A stretch of DNA of 59,835 nucleotides, the filler included, from Sphacelaria rigidula (Eukaryota): NCBI GenBank assembly GCA_964200075.2. It is 7 parts of 7 records of this genome, joined end to end, with 100 filler letters (N's around TTAATTAATTAA, not from the genome) between each part and the next. Parts side by side here need not be neighbours in the genome. Positions count along the whole stretch, not along the records: positions 42,814 to 51,274 come from CAXNAA020011062.1; positions 51,375 to 59,835 come from CAXNAA020011063.1; 5 more parts are not named here. The stretch is one strand, 5' to 3'. The notes below the pieces were generated by a model, which ran no database searches, was not told the DNA's origin, and saw only the letters and a list, made by a program, of their open reading frames with translations. Shown one piece after another: positions 47,016 to 59,420 of the stretch (positions are counted from its first letter, which is position 1; each line of letters opens with the position of its first letter). Position numbers and translations under genes: made by a program.

Positions 47016-47199
47016 CTGATGGTCGCACGTGGTAAGAACGAAACGGAAAGGCAAAAGAGTAAGCAAACACAGCCACGATCGAGCGCAAACACAACGATAC
47101 CCCACGATCGCGGTGGGCATTATCGCCACCATATTCGTGCGCCGCTCGATCGACCAGGACACAGACCGGATATAGGCATGAAATAACGAAGCTAACCAT

Positions 47200-47843
47200 T
47201 TAACTTGTATCGAACACAGACTGGATGTAGACATGAAATGATGAAGCTCACCATATTTTTTTATTCCCCGTACCAAATCAGCAAGTGTTATTTCAGGTGA
47301 CGGAACAGGATTCAGCAGGAATGAAGAAAAGGGGCATAACGGTAGTCGGGTGGAGGATGAGTGTACGCACACAACTGCCTTTTCTGGCAAAGCAATGGAA
47401 TTTCCGCTTTTTTCACCGTCTTCGCGTTCCCCTTATACAACTCATGAAGGGGGAGAATGTGAACAATTGCAAAGAAGAGGGGAACGTGTTGGAGGAGGAG
47501 ATGAGGGAACTGAAGGGGCGTGAAATGAAATCGTGTGGCGCAAGGGAACGAAATACAATCGCTTTATCGCGACGTACATGGTGGCTACAGACGGCGAAAC
47601 AGAAGGAAGATAGAATGCGTGAAGTTTTTCTTCCTTTTTTTTTTCCATTGAAGGAGGGAGTTAGGGGTTCCCGTGTATGTAATACATGGGAAAAACGTAA
47701 TAAGCGCCCAAACGTTGGCGGTGTCCAGAATAGGAGTACGAACGGTGCTCCGTCTCGAGAGGAACGCGCGGTCAACGGTCACGTGATGAGGGCAAGAAAG
47801 AAATGAGTGATACCCCCCTCTCTCTCTCCCCACCCCCCTTCCT
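47200..47843 (+). mobile_element. Old 5'-truncated LINE (ORF2 C-terminus) ending in a C-rich tail
   Basis: KEEGNVLEEEMRE...TIAL...WWLQTAKQ...WEKRNKRPNVGG...NGAPSR is homologous to the 49005-50031 copy. Stop at 47804-47806, then a C/T tract. Confidence 0.8.
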
Positions 47844-47844
47844 C

Positions 47845-47926
47845 GTGCTCCGTCTCGAAAGGGGTGCGTGGTCAATGGTCAAACGACTAAGGCAAGCGAA
47901 AATTGAGTACGCCCCTCCCCTCCCTC
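47845..47926 (+). mobile_element. ~80-bp 3'-terminal module of the same LINE
   Basis: GTGCTCCGTCTCGAAAGGGGTGCGTGGTCAATGGTCAAACGACTAAGGCAAGC...TGAGTACGCCCCTCCCC, sitting directly on the C-rich tail of the previous copy. Confidence 0.85.
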
Positions 47927-49004
47927 GGGGTCCCTCGAAGATGAAAAAAAAAGAAGGATGACATAAATCTCTGTTCCGCCATCATTGCACCCGGTTGAAC
48001 AGCGCTTGAAACCCCCCAGGGATTGCCTGTGCAGGGGCAGCTCAAAAACGAGGCCTGTTTCGTATCTCCCACTCTCCTTGGGGCCGGCGGCTGTGGATTT
48101 TTGCCACTGGGTCATGACGTTTTATAGTGATCCCGCGGTGGATCAAGATATGCACCACATGCAACAAGGCTTCAATTTGGCGTGTACGAAGACATTCCGA
48201 TACACACCATAAATAAATAATTGCTTGAAGACACAGGCGACATAGCGTCCCACCGTAGTGGTTACAAATTTCGGATGACTGCACTACAGTGGAACCCCGC
48301 ACTGCGGTGACCCCCCACTGTATTGTCGCTACTGTACAGTGTTTTCTATCGACATTATCCAAGGCCTTCCCTGAGCGAGAAAGATTCCCAAATTCGTGGT
48401 GGTGGGTCACGGTCTCCAGAAATACGACGAGTCCGCGTTATGACCCGAAACAATTTCATGTGGCGCTTGGGTGCGGCCCGGGCTGTGATGAATGCTGGCT
48501 GGCTCGGGAAAACCGAGAGAGGTCTATATCCTGGCCCAACATGTCGATGCGCGGGTGTGGTGGAGTGGGGGGTCTCCTTGAACAACAGTTCCAAGTTCTA
48601 TTCGGACAGTTCACAAGTGCTCAGCGCAATATATGATATCCGCACCGACCCCAACGGAGTCTGCAGAGCGTATATTAAAAAGGGCCAAATAATATATATC
48701 CGTGCCCTTTAAAAGCATCACAGCACTTGGTCTGTACACCTTCCAGCAGCAGATGTAACGCACCTTTACAGTCAGACACACAAGCAGAAGTGCAAGGGCA
48801 GGTCGAGTAGAGTATGTACTTTTGACTACCCGAGTAAAATACTCAGGTATTTGCTCTTCTCGACGTTTGAGTAGGTCTAGTACGGCGCCGATATCACGTG
48901 AAGGCGCTCAACAACTTTGGAAAATACACTTTAGCAAGGGTAGGTCGAGTAGAGTATACCTCATTATGTGGCTTTTTTAAAGATTTGCACCTGAGTACTA
49001 GGGT

Positions 49005-50031
49005 GAAGAGATGCATCGTACTGAATGTGGTTGTTCCAAAGCTAGAATATGCAGGAGGATTATGAACGGGAATGTCGAATTGGTGAAGCAGCTGGAAACG
49101 GTACATATCAGAGCAGCTAAGAACAAAATACATGGATGCTCGAAAACAATGAGCAGATACAGTGCTGGGAGCCGAATTTGGAATGTACCCACTCACAACA
49201 AATAGAGACTCGGCGATATTGAAATGGCAATAGAAAAGTAAAATGTCAAGAAAGAGATGGTCAGCCACAGTTGATGGGGCTGCATTGCAGGAAGTAACGA
49301 AAGGGCAGGCTGGAATAAGGTGGGATAGCGCACTCGACGAAGAATGGAAGGATATAAGAGGAAACTAGGACAAAACAATGTTCACAGGTGTATGTGGGGG
49401 GAAGTGACAAAAGTAAGAGACATGATAGCAATGAGGAGAAAACAAGCGCCAAGAAGGGGGGTGGATGAAGAAGACTACCCCAAGATATTCGTGCAGTTAA
49501 GAGAGGGAAGGGGATGAAAACATATCAGCACGACCCGATGGACTACGCGAAAATGCTGAAACTGCGATTTCAGGTGGGGGACCTGGACTTGCCAGAAGAA
49601 AGAGAGATACCAGCAGTCGGGTGGAGGAGGACGTAGATGCACGATATTGCCCCTGTGGCGGAGTAGTAGAGAAAATAACTGAAATAGGGGCAGGATGTGA
49701 ACTATACAAAAAGGAACGGGACAAACTAGAGGCGGAAAATGTCGGAACGAAACGAAGGTTGCATGAACTCGTTCCGATGCATTAGACAGTAGCGAGAAGG
49801 CGATCGCTACTCTAGGCTGGTAGATAGTGACCACACGCGGCGAAACAGGGATGGTATACGACATGCGAAAGGTTGTGGAATAAAGTACTGAAGAAACGTA
49901 TTGAGCAGCGGAATACTGAGGTGCCTCGATCAGGAGAAGATACGGTGCTCCGTCTCGAAAGGGATGCGTGGTCAATGGCCAAATTACGACGGCGAGTCAA
50001 CAAATGAGTACGCGCAGCCCCCCCCCTCCCC
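49005..50031 (+). mobile_element. 5'-truncated LINE: RT thumb and Cys-containing C-terminal domain (RTEX/L2-like), pseudogenised, with poly(C) tail
   Basis: Frameshifted translation NVVVPKLEYAG...VKQLETVHIRAAK...GAEFGMYPL...LKLRFQVGDLDLPE...CPCG...CELYKKER...AILGW. Ends TGAGTACGCGCAGCCCCCCCCCTCCCC. Confidence 0.85.
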
Positions 50032-50070
50032 ACGCAACCTTCTACTCCACTCCCTCGCCGATCGACCCAC

Positions 50071-50220
50071 CTGCTCAAGGCGGAGATCATGATTTCTACG
50101 CTCTGCAAGTATTCGACCCTCCGTCTCTGCTTTAACCCGTTCCAATTCAGTCTTCTGTCTCAGCTGCGCTTCGAACTCTAGGGTTGCTCGTCGGATTTGT
50201 TCTTGACGCGCCGCCATCTC
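50071..50220 (-). CDS. ATAD3: ATAD3 (mitochondrial AAA+ ATPase) coiled-coil exon; partial gene join(50220..50071,47015..46911,44151..44059)
   Basis: EMAARQEQIRRATLEFEAQLRQKTELERVKAETEGRILAERRNHDLRLEQ matches ATAD3 QEAMRRATVE...LR...RVEAEARARAKAEREN. CAG acceptor, CAG|GTGGGT donor. The three exons are colinear and in phase. Confidence 0.92.
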
Positions 50221-51196
50221 CTGCCAAGCCATTAGTTGCGCCATGGGTACGTGGGGGGAAAGGAGAGCGTGTGCGTGTGCACTTTTGTCGTCTGATCGCG
50301 GGTGTGAATGAAAACACATGACACAACGACGGAAAAACCCTCCAGCAGTGCCCCCCCGTCATCTTGACAAGGCTGGAAGCACACGAGTCATCACCTTTCC
50401 CAGCTTTCGAGTTGTGAGCCGATTTTTCCCTCACATATATATATATATATATTGGTACCCATCCTGTGACTAATCAAGCCGCATCATCATTTTCACTCTC
50501 TTCCGCTGGAGGCTTACCTCGTCGGTGATCTAGTGATTCTTGAACTCAGTCAGTGTCCAGAATTCTGGACCTTGAACACCGTTTGCTCTAAGCGGGTATC
50601 CGGTATCGTATTGTACAGAAATTAAACCTTACTATTTAGCTCCCGACATGTGGTTTGTTCGCGGTACAAAAGCGTGTTTTTAAATACAGCCCAATACCTC
50701 AGAGTACAGTGTTCACCGATGTATGTGTGAATGTAGGTGTGTTGGAGTCACGGTTTACTCCTACATTTTGTTTCTCTCACGTCTAAGATTAACTCACGTA
50801 TCTGCGTCCATTAGTCACGACGGTCGCCCCAGTGGCTCAGTTGGCCATCGCTTAAGCTTTCGTTGGTCAAGATGTGCGTTCGAATTTCTGTCGAATCACA
50901 CGATCTGAACTTTTTCTTCACGTCTTGCTCAATAGTGCAGAACCAATATCCATGTCGGAGTAATCCAACGATAGGGGGGGGGGGGTTGCACGAATAAAGA
51001 GGCTCATAGGTGTGTCAGACGACCTGCCACACTCGTGGTGCGCTTGTACGTGGTTGAAAACGGTGCCAAGCTGTATGAATAAGCGTTCCATATCTAAAAT
51101 GAGCTCGTTCGAACAACCGTTGCTGTCTTCAACGACTTGACGGTGAATTTCGTGCAAGGAGTGGCCCGGATTCCCCCCCCTTCCCCCCCCTTTTTA

Positions 51197-51274
51197 TGCT
51201 CCGTCTCGAAAGGGATGCGTGGTCAATGGTCAAATGACTAAGGCAAGCATCAAATGAGTACGCCCCCTCCCCCC
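51197..51274 (+). mobile_element. ~80-bp 3'-terminal LINE module flanked by C tracts
   Basis: TGCTCCGTCTCGAAAGGGATGCGTGGTCAATGGTCAAATGACTAAGGCAAGCATCAAATGAGTACGCCCCCTCCCCCC, preceded by C8-TT-C8-T5. Confidence 0.85.
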
Positions 51275-51374
51275 NNNNNNNNNNNNNNNNNNNNNNNNNN
51301 NNNNNNNNNNNNNNNNNNTTAATTAATTAANNNNNNNNNNNNNNNNNNNNNNNNNNNNNNNNNNNNNNNNNNNN
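51275..51374. other. Artificial contig-joining spacer
   Basis: N-TTAATTAATTAA-N, 100 nt. Confidence 0.98.
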
Positions 51375-53399
51375 CCTCCCCCCCTCAGTGATTCTTACGT
51401 CAGTTGTGAACCTTTCAGTGCACTCGAAGTAGTCCACGTGTTTATGACACACATGCTCGTTTTAGCAAAGGAGGATCGGCCCTCCAGGAACGATGCGCTG
51501 TGCAGCGTGTTTGCAGTAAAGAGAAGCCGTTTCTGCCTTGATAATGAAATACCAACCTCCAAGCATAGATAACATCAACATCGAGAGGATCCCGCCCGGA
51601 CGATATTCAGCGAAAAATCGGGAAGTTATACTACAGGCCGTCCGACAGCAGCCGCCTTGGCGTTCAACATTGAAAATGGATAATGACACGTACCCTGTCT
51701 CCGTAGAGACACGATGAGCTCGCTTGCGGATACCAAGTACCTGAAAAGCTTCAAGAGCATTCTGCTGACGCCTGTGAGGTCCGCGAAAATTTCGCAGAAG
51801 TCGGGCTTGCGAGTCAGGCCGTATAGAATGGCCGAAGATCGGAACGATACGCTCTGCCATCGGTAACAATCAACAGGGGGGGGACATTATATGCACATAT
51901 AGTAAGATTCGCACATATAACCATTTGCGTGAGGCAGCGAACCTAGCTTTTTCACGAAGACTCTCCGAAGTTACACTCGTGAACATCATGGTAGAAAATA
52001 AATGCCATCGAGCAAACTCGTACTTCCAAGTATATCGAGATCACCCCTTCCACCCGCAACATGTAAAAGTGAAGGACAGTCTCTGAGGTTACAGTGGTGG
52101 GCAGCAACGTAACTTATAACAGTACCTATTTATGAAAAGACATGGGCAACACTGCTGCTGGGAAAACGCGAGCAGTTGCTCCTCCATGCACACACGTCTA
52201 CAACGGGCCCATCCGGACCCACAGGCTTGGATGCGAATCTCACTTGATCGTCGACCTCGACCAGCCTTTTCGCCACGGAGCAAATCGTAGGTACGCCCGG
52301 GTTGGCCAACCTCCCGCCGGTAGGGGTGGACTCCAAGACGTGGGTCAAGTTCCCCAGCGTACCGGCCACGTGTCGTTGTAACACTTGACTGTGTGAGAAC
52401 GCCTGGACGGGTGAAGACGAGAATACTGTGAATTTCGAAGTATATGACCGTGAGATATTGAGCACTGAAGCGAGCATATATATAGGCCATGAGATGACGC
52501 GATACGCGCCTTTCTTGAGCAATAAAAAATTGCTGTTGTGCAGTAGTTCGCCGCATATGGTGGCTTCCTCCGACTGGCGCTACAGTGGTGTTAGCGGCAA
52601 CAAAATACTCGACGCCCTGACTAAGCACGCAATAAACGAACATGACTGGAACATGACTGGACTATGGTGTCTCAATATGCTTCAGCCCGACATGGAGGGG
52701 GTTGTTGCGGGAACTCGCTGTGTGCCTTGCCTTCGAACTTAGGTGTGACATTTCTGCCCTCAGAACGTACCCTGTCGCTGACCCGCACAAAAACATAGTA
52801 TTGGTGGTTGTTGTAGATATGTATCTTTTTCGTATATCAACGGCTGATATATACTCTGCTTGTCGTTTTTCAGTATAGTCTATTTCATTTTTCTTCACCA
52901 TTTCCATTTGTCGAGCATTCGTTTCGTTTACCTCGAGCACATTCGTCTTGTGACTGCGACCGGTTTCCTAGGGTCAGCTAACGGTCAACTAAAGTGCGAC
53001 AATCAATCAATTAACTAATCTAGTCATGCCTATGCAGATAAGAGGTGCAGACTATCAGACTAGTACCTGCACAAGCACATGCTGAAGCACTCCCGTGTCT
53101 TCTAAGAGATCCAGCTGGCAGCAGATATCGTGCGTGAGATTGCACAGTACCGCCATGGATATCTCCCCCACCTGTGAACCACAGTGAGCAATGCAGAGGG
53201 ACGAACGCAAGAATCGCTGGTGGAGCACTGTTGTACTATGAAGGCTGCAGCAGTACCCGTAGTTTCACGGGGTCATGGAGGGTGATATGTCGGTCTGACA
53301 TCGACGCCCACGGCGCGCGTCTACAGTATGTTGTCCAGGCCATCGGTTCAAGCACTTGAGGGCTACGGAGCGCTTGTAGAGGCCGAGCACTCAACTCTT

Positions 53400-56300
53400 C
53401 GTTGTGGGTAAGAGTGTAATCGTATCGCGGAGGTCCTTACCGCTGTTCCGGCTATCTTGCAGTTCACGAGGGTTGTGAGCAAATCTCTCTTGATACTCAG
53501 CACCACAGCACTGGATCGTGCCCACTTATGGCGGAGAATGACATGCATGGCCTTTAAGCAATCCTGTACGAACATTGGAATGACCATGGGTGGACAACTG
53601 TGTTAAAGCGAGTCGCACGATGGAAATTTGATTTTGTCTGACCTGAGCTATTGATGAACCTGAAGTTATGATATAACAACACACACTGCCACTGAATTGG
53701 ACGGAGGCCACTCCCTTACTCCAAGCACTTGTAAAACAGCTTGAGAAAACACGCTTGCGGAAGGGAATTGCCATTGACAGTTCAAAGACCACACGTATTG
53801 ACCATGTTCTTGCCATGTACTGACGCGTCTCGAGCCGTAAGGAACACCATGACTTCTTGACTGATGACTTATCTTTCAACGAGCAAACATACGTCAAATT
53901 TCACCTTGATTGTGTCTCTCATGTTGTTCTGAAATTCGTGGTCTTTTGTGGCAGAATTCCTCCCGTCTCTCGAAGAGTATTGACAGCAAGATATATGACA
54001 CGGGAGCACACAGTCGGAACAGTAGTTATCGCACAGATGTTCCATTGTTCGACGAGCTTCCTTTGTGCACTACCGAGCATGTACTAATTTTGAACAGACG
54101 GACGCTGTAATCATCATCGTTTCATCTTTGCCAGCTTCTTGTCCGCTCAGGTGCCATGAAACACGTACGTTCGTCATTGACATCAATTCTTGGCTACCGA
54201 ATACTGTGCCCGGCGCATCGGATTTTCATCTTACTCTTCAAACCACTCTGGAGTTATCGGCGTCGACAGCTACTCGTACTGAGACCAAAGGATAGAGGGC
54301 AGCTGAGTTCGAGAAGGGACCGGACCTCTTGCGTGTACCAGGTGTACCAGTGGTGTTGGTGTCATCTGAATCTTCCGGCTCGTCAACGCCTGTCGACGTA
54401 GCGTCATCAGTAATCTGGGAGGCTGCGGTGTGTTCTCGAGACGTCCGCTTCCCATCCTCATTAGCATCCTTGTGACAAAAAGACGCAAGAGCAAACGAAT
54501 GTTCTAACATACCGTCGTGACCATCTTTATCCCACGAAAACAGATCAAGCACATCATCGAATCAAATATAACGGATCAAACTCAAGGGGTGGCGCGGAGC
54601 ACCGTAAGCTATCAGAGGCACAGCGGGGCTTCCTCATCGTCTTGTCTATGGGTTTTGTCTTACTAACGACACACCGGGTACCGCTCAAGACATGACGCCT
54701 CCCTGCACTCAGATTCTGCACGACCTGCGGCAAGCCGACGCCAGCGCTTGTAATATACCAAACCGATACTAACGCAGCTATCGGCGAACTGCATCGCACA
54801 AATCAAAGCACACGCGTACATGTAAAGATACAAGTGCCAGCAGAGATATGCTGGCAGTAAGATAACGATTCCCAGAAATGTCGGACAGCGGAAGCGCGCC
54901 GTAGAAAACTGAGAAGCAAAATAAGGAAACAAGGAGATAGTCGGTCAGGTACCATCGTGCCGAATCATCATCGACCAAGAAGACTTCTTTGACTTATCGC
55001 ACCTCAAGCACAACTTCCAGAAGCTGGGTAGCCCCACGCACGGCCCCACAAAGCCCCCCTACGACACCTGACTTCAGGCACGTCTCGATGAAGCTCCTCT
55101 CAGCAGCCATGCGGGAAACCAGATTCCGTATTGCTTTGGCGGCCAGCGGGCATACACTGCCGATAAAACCCACAACACAATCGAACAGCGAGTCGGGACG
55201 ACTGCGTAAGGCAAGCAATCTCCAACCTACCATTGTGGAAGCTAGTTGATGTCGGCTACGATACACTGCTTCTACGACAGTGCCTGGGTCCAGAAAAAGG
55301 GCAACACGCACGCGCAGAACCTTCTGCGTGCACACCCATACGCACGATACTATTAAAAAAAACGGTACAGATGTGCACACCAGAGTCTATTTATTAGCAG
55401 AAGCCTCACCGTTCTTCTCCATTGGCGAGGGAAGTACCGAGAGCAGCAAACATGGACGGGAGCAGTTTAAGCTCTTCCCAGACGCCTACTGAGATCCAAG
55501 GCTTGCGGGCAAGGTTACATAATGCCCCCGTGCAGCACTCCCTGTCAGAGTCACAATGTGAACGTTCACGAGTCATGATAACTTGTTGCAATGATTTCCT
55601 AGGATAAGGCAAAAGTGGTTCTACTTGCAGGGAAGCACGGCACTAGATGGTTGACACCGACTAAAGACGGTCGCCTTGAACCATCCCGAAACTGACAAGC
55701 GCATACCCTACACGACAGGAGTCGAGCGTGGTTATCTGAGGACGGCACGGGAAATAATGTAGACGGCATGTTTATCAAGGGTCGGGATCCACGGACATCG
55801 TGTAGCCAACATGCAATGCTTCACATCCTGGACAATATACAGCATTGGTAAAAAATGTTCTTCATACAGTATCGAATCTATCATCTATTGCAACAGACAC
55901 GATATTCGATACTAAAAGCAGTGCGACACTATTTTCCAATGTTATCTCTTGTACAGGATGTGCAATATTTTCGTCCAGGTTCGTTCTACTTTGTACGGCA
56001 GCCTCACCGGAAGAAGCCGTGAGGCAGGGGGCTTTCGTTGGCGTTGATTCTGTTTTTTTCCGTTCAAACTTTACTGCGTTTGTTCTACCCCCTTCTTTTA
56101 TCCAAATTTCCGTCCCCGTGTGGTGTCCTTGCGCGCCGTTTCTCAACCTTGGGCAAGTCTATTTCGTGACCACGGCTGGATTATGGATCATGACTCGTGG
56201 CGGATCAGTATGTGCGTCAATTTATCAAATCAAACCAATCACTATCGGCTGCTCATTGAAGTACACAACTGTAGTGTAGAGATTGCTGCTCATTATGCAA

Positions 56301-58745
56301 CAAAAAGTAGCCGAAACTGTCGGACGAAACAACCTGCCTACACATCTTCTACTGAGCGGCATATACAAAATAAACCGAGTACAATACACGCTAGCCCACG
56401 AGTGTAGCCTTGAGTGGAGACACAAAATACCGCGCATACCAACGCAACACAGAATCAACACGTAATAGCGTTCGACCCGAAGCAGCGATCTAAAGCACTA
56501 CCGAGCAGAACGTGGCCTACAAACAGCGTCCGGCTCACCTAACAAAACTTGTAGGTCCTGACTTTGCCAATCTCAGCAGCTGGTCAACTATACCGCACTC
56601 CACAATGTGAGGCTTCTGTGAAATATTGGACGCAAGCGATTACACGTAGTGTGAACACCACCAAAATCCTTCATGAAGGAAGGCACTGTAGCACCAGTTC
56701 TAAATTTGTCTGAGAGTGTCTCAATCACTAGGAGCGTAGGGTACGACTGAGAAATACCACACTGGTACAACTTTACCTGGATTCCACACGTGTATGAACC
56801 ATGGACCAGGCCAATATGACCCTCAGAGGAAGAGGGGGACTACAGGGAACGCCGCATTTGGAATGCACACGAAGGAAAGGGTGTCTGTGCAGGGCAGAGA
56901 GCACTTGACATTGCCATAATAAGATGCTTGGTATCCCTGTGGAGATGCGCGTGTGCTGCAAAGGTGCATGGTTTACGTTTCGAGCGGCGGCACGTATCTA
57001 GACGGCTAGTGTAGTACTGTAGCAGAGCGGCGAAAATGTCGCTGTGAAAAACCTTCCGCGCTACTCATCGCGGCACGCGCGAAAAAGCATCCATGAAGGT
57101 CCAACGTGTGTATGAAGAGTACGCACTTGAAGGTTGACAAATCCGTCGAATGATTTATAGTTTCAAATCGTTCACTCACTCGCTCTCCCAGTTCCACGTG
57201 GGCTGAAGCAGAAGAAGAGGATAAAAGTTGAGAACCAACATCACTGCTGTCGTCAGAAACGTCTTGGCGTCCACCAGTAACAAGGGAAGCACGGTCACCA
57301 CACAGCGGAATGTAACGGAATGTTATCGTTTTTGTAGGCGTAAGCGCGTTCATCTCTGCGCTAGAGGACCATTTCTTGTTGGAACTGAACTGCTTGCCCT
57401 GCGGTACAGGATATTCGGTCGTGTGATTCGTCCGACGTACGCGAGACGTTTCTGGTATTTCGAGCAACGAGATTGTTCACAGCAACTTTTTCGCACCAAG
57501 TGTTTTTCCTGGCGTGTCAAGAGCGTGGCACAAGAAGGTACATGTCCCACAGAATATCCAAAGGTACACCCTCGAAGTCCTCACACAGTACTTTATTCAG
57601 ACCACACGCGGACACCTCGTCAACACACTCAAGCGCCGGGGGAGTCCCTTCGACTTGGGGACCAAGTCCGGCTGACAATTATTTGCTCGGAAAGATCTGT
57701 CGACCAACATCTCACCAGCGGTGGCACCTTCTTCCAATCGGGACATGCTGCCGCGAGCACTCATGCTACACGCCACACTCGAACAAGAAGGTTTTCGCGT
57801 CGGGACATATCCTTCTCCGGGAGAGCTGACCGCACCACCAACCCTCGGTGTCGTTGTCACACTATCCGAGTCCTCGGTAGCCGTAGACGTTCGTCGTAGT
57901 TGCAGCGCTGGGGGCTGCCAGGCTCTAGAGGATCGCGTGGATGGTGCCCGCACCAAGACTTTGAGGTTGGTATCCCTCCGCACAGGCCGCGCTGCCCCGG
58001 CTCCAGCGCCGGTATCAGAAATCGATTCCCGAGGATTATCAGCTATGGAGCTCCTCTCAGAAACTGCTAGTGACGCTCGGCACAACCCCCCCCGTCCTCT
58101 TCCTCCAATAGAGGTGGGTCTCACCGCAGCTGCTGATGTTGAAACGTCATCACCGGTGAACTCATTTGGAGTTCGTCCCCTGCCCACGGCAGTCAATCCT
58201 GACGCGTCCGTTCCCACCGTGGGCGTGACTGAGGTTTGCCGACCGAGACTCCGGGTGGATCTATAGGGGCTGGTTGAGGAGGCCGTGGTGCTGGCGGCGG
58301 CCCGAGGTGGACGTTTGGTTGCTTGTCGGGGTGGTCTCGCGTCAGTGAGGTTGATACTGACTTCCCAGATGCTGTGAGAGAGGATTTCCAGTGGTTTCAG
58401 GTCTTGCAACTCGTCTGCTTGACGGAGGATTAACTCCGCACGCTCCAAGAATCCTAGCTGCAACAATCTGGTGGCCAGGGATCCCGATTTCATGCATGGC
58501 ACAGATTGCACGGTACATGGTGTATGGCAGGATGCAGGAGTGGGGTTTACGTTGATGCTTCTGCGTGTACAAGTCGAAAATGTTGACCCTTTGCCGGAGG
58601 AAACACTCGCGCTCTCATAGTATGTAGTATCTCCTACAAGCGGGGAACTCGCTGCGATGTCAGCCTTGGAACATGACTCAGGTGGTCTGCCACGCGCGCC
58701 GCGAGCAAAAAGTCTCGTGTACACAGTATGTACGGGCAGAGACAT
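53400..58745 (-). pseudogene. Probable decayed CMC(EnSpm)/Plavaka-like DNA transposase region
   Basis: Ordered, stop- and frameshift-interrupted fragments on the - strand: low-complexity N-terminus (382-aa ORF), TITFRYIPL, LLVIETLSDKF...FGGVHTTCNRLRP..HRS, an acidic linker, and C-terminal ACFLKLFYKC...AMHVI. Motif resemblance only. Confidence 0.4.
55822..55962. mobile_element. Short palindromic MITE, same family as 30810-30954
   Basis: CACATCCTGGACAATA...CATTGG...AGTATCGAAT versus the inverted ATTCGATACT...CCAATG...TTGTACAGGATGTG. Confidence 0.6.
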
Positions 58746-59187
58746 ATGACCGGGGGAGAGATGGGTCGATCCCTTGAGACCACAGATTCATCCCGAGGAA
58801 GGGGAGGGGTTCAAAGTGCGACAGATACACACACATATATATATAATATATATATATATATATGGGTACCTGACCTGCCATACCAGCCGTGAAATCGATT
58901 GTCGCGCACAACGCGGTCGACCCCATGCTGACTGTGGCGAAGCAGAGTACACATTGGACTAGACCCACCTGCTTGTGATCATCAACTCGGTGGTTCGTGC
59001 CCATGGTTGAGTGCCCCACCGGCGTGAGCATCCAGCATAATTTCTGAAACAAACAGATACCACTGATACCTTTGCTATATAAGGCTTAAGGGTTAAAGCT
59101 CCGACTATTATAATATTAACTAACGCCTGCCGCTAAATTCGTCGATCCGGTCGTTTTTGACACACACGTGAATGCCGGGTGTCGCAC

Positions 59188-59420
59188 CTGACCACGTCCG
59201 ATGAGCTAGCGCCTGAAAAGATGGCGCGAATTATCCTTGCGCCATTTAGTCTGCAGCACTTTGCCGCTTTCTGTCGAGCGCTACTGCGGCTAAAGCTATC
59301 TCCAGGGGCTCCTGGATGTCCTCCTCTAAAAAACGTTTCCAAAATGGATCTGACGACTTCTGGGGCAATCAAAGCTTGTCTCACGAATTCCTCGGTTGCG
59401 TTTGTTAGGTGAGAAGCCGC
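59188..59420 (-). CDS. Candidate internal exon of an unidentified helical protein
   Basis: GCGCAG acceptor, open frame AASHLTNATEEFVRQALIAPEVVRSILETFF...GARIIRAIFSGASSSDVV, CAG|GTGCGA donor. No family recognised. Confidence 0.4.

Noticed and set aside
48792..48957. 24-bp direct repeat GCAAGGG(C/T)AGGTCGAGTAGAGTAT as a long TSD
   Set aside because: The insert has no retroposon hallmarks, and the repeat could equally be two truncated MITE ends. Not enough evidence to call.
17027..51374. Functional clustering of EsV-1-7, SART3, QOR, retroelement and ATAD3
   Set aside because: Apart from SART3/QOR, these lie on different contigs joined artificially.
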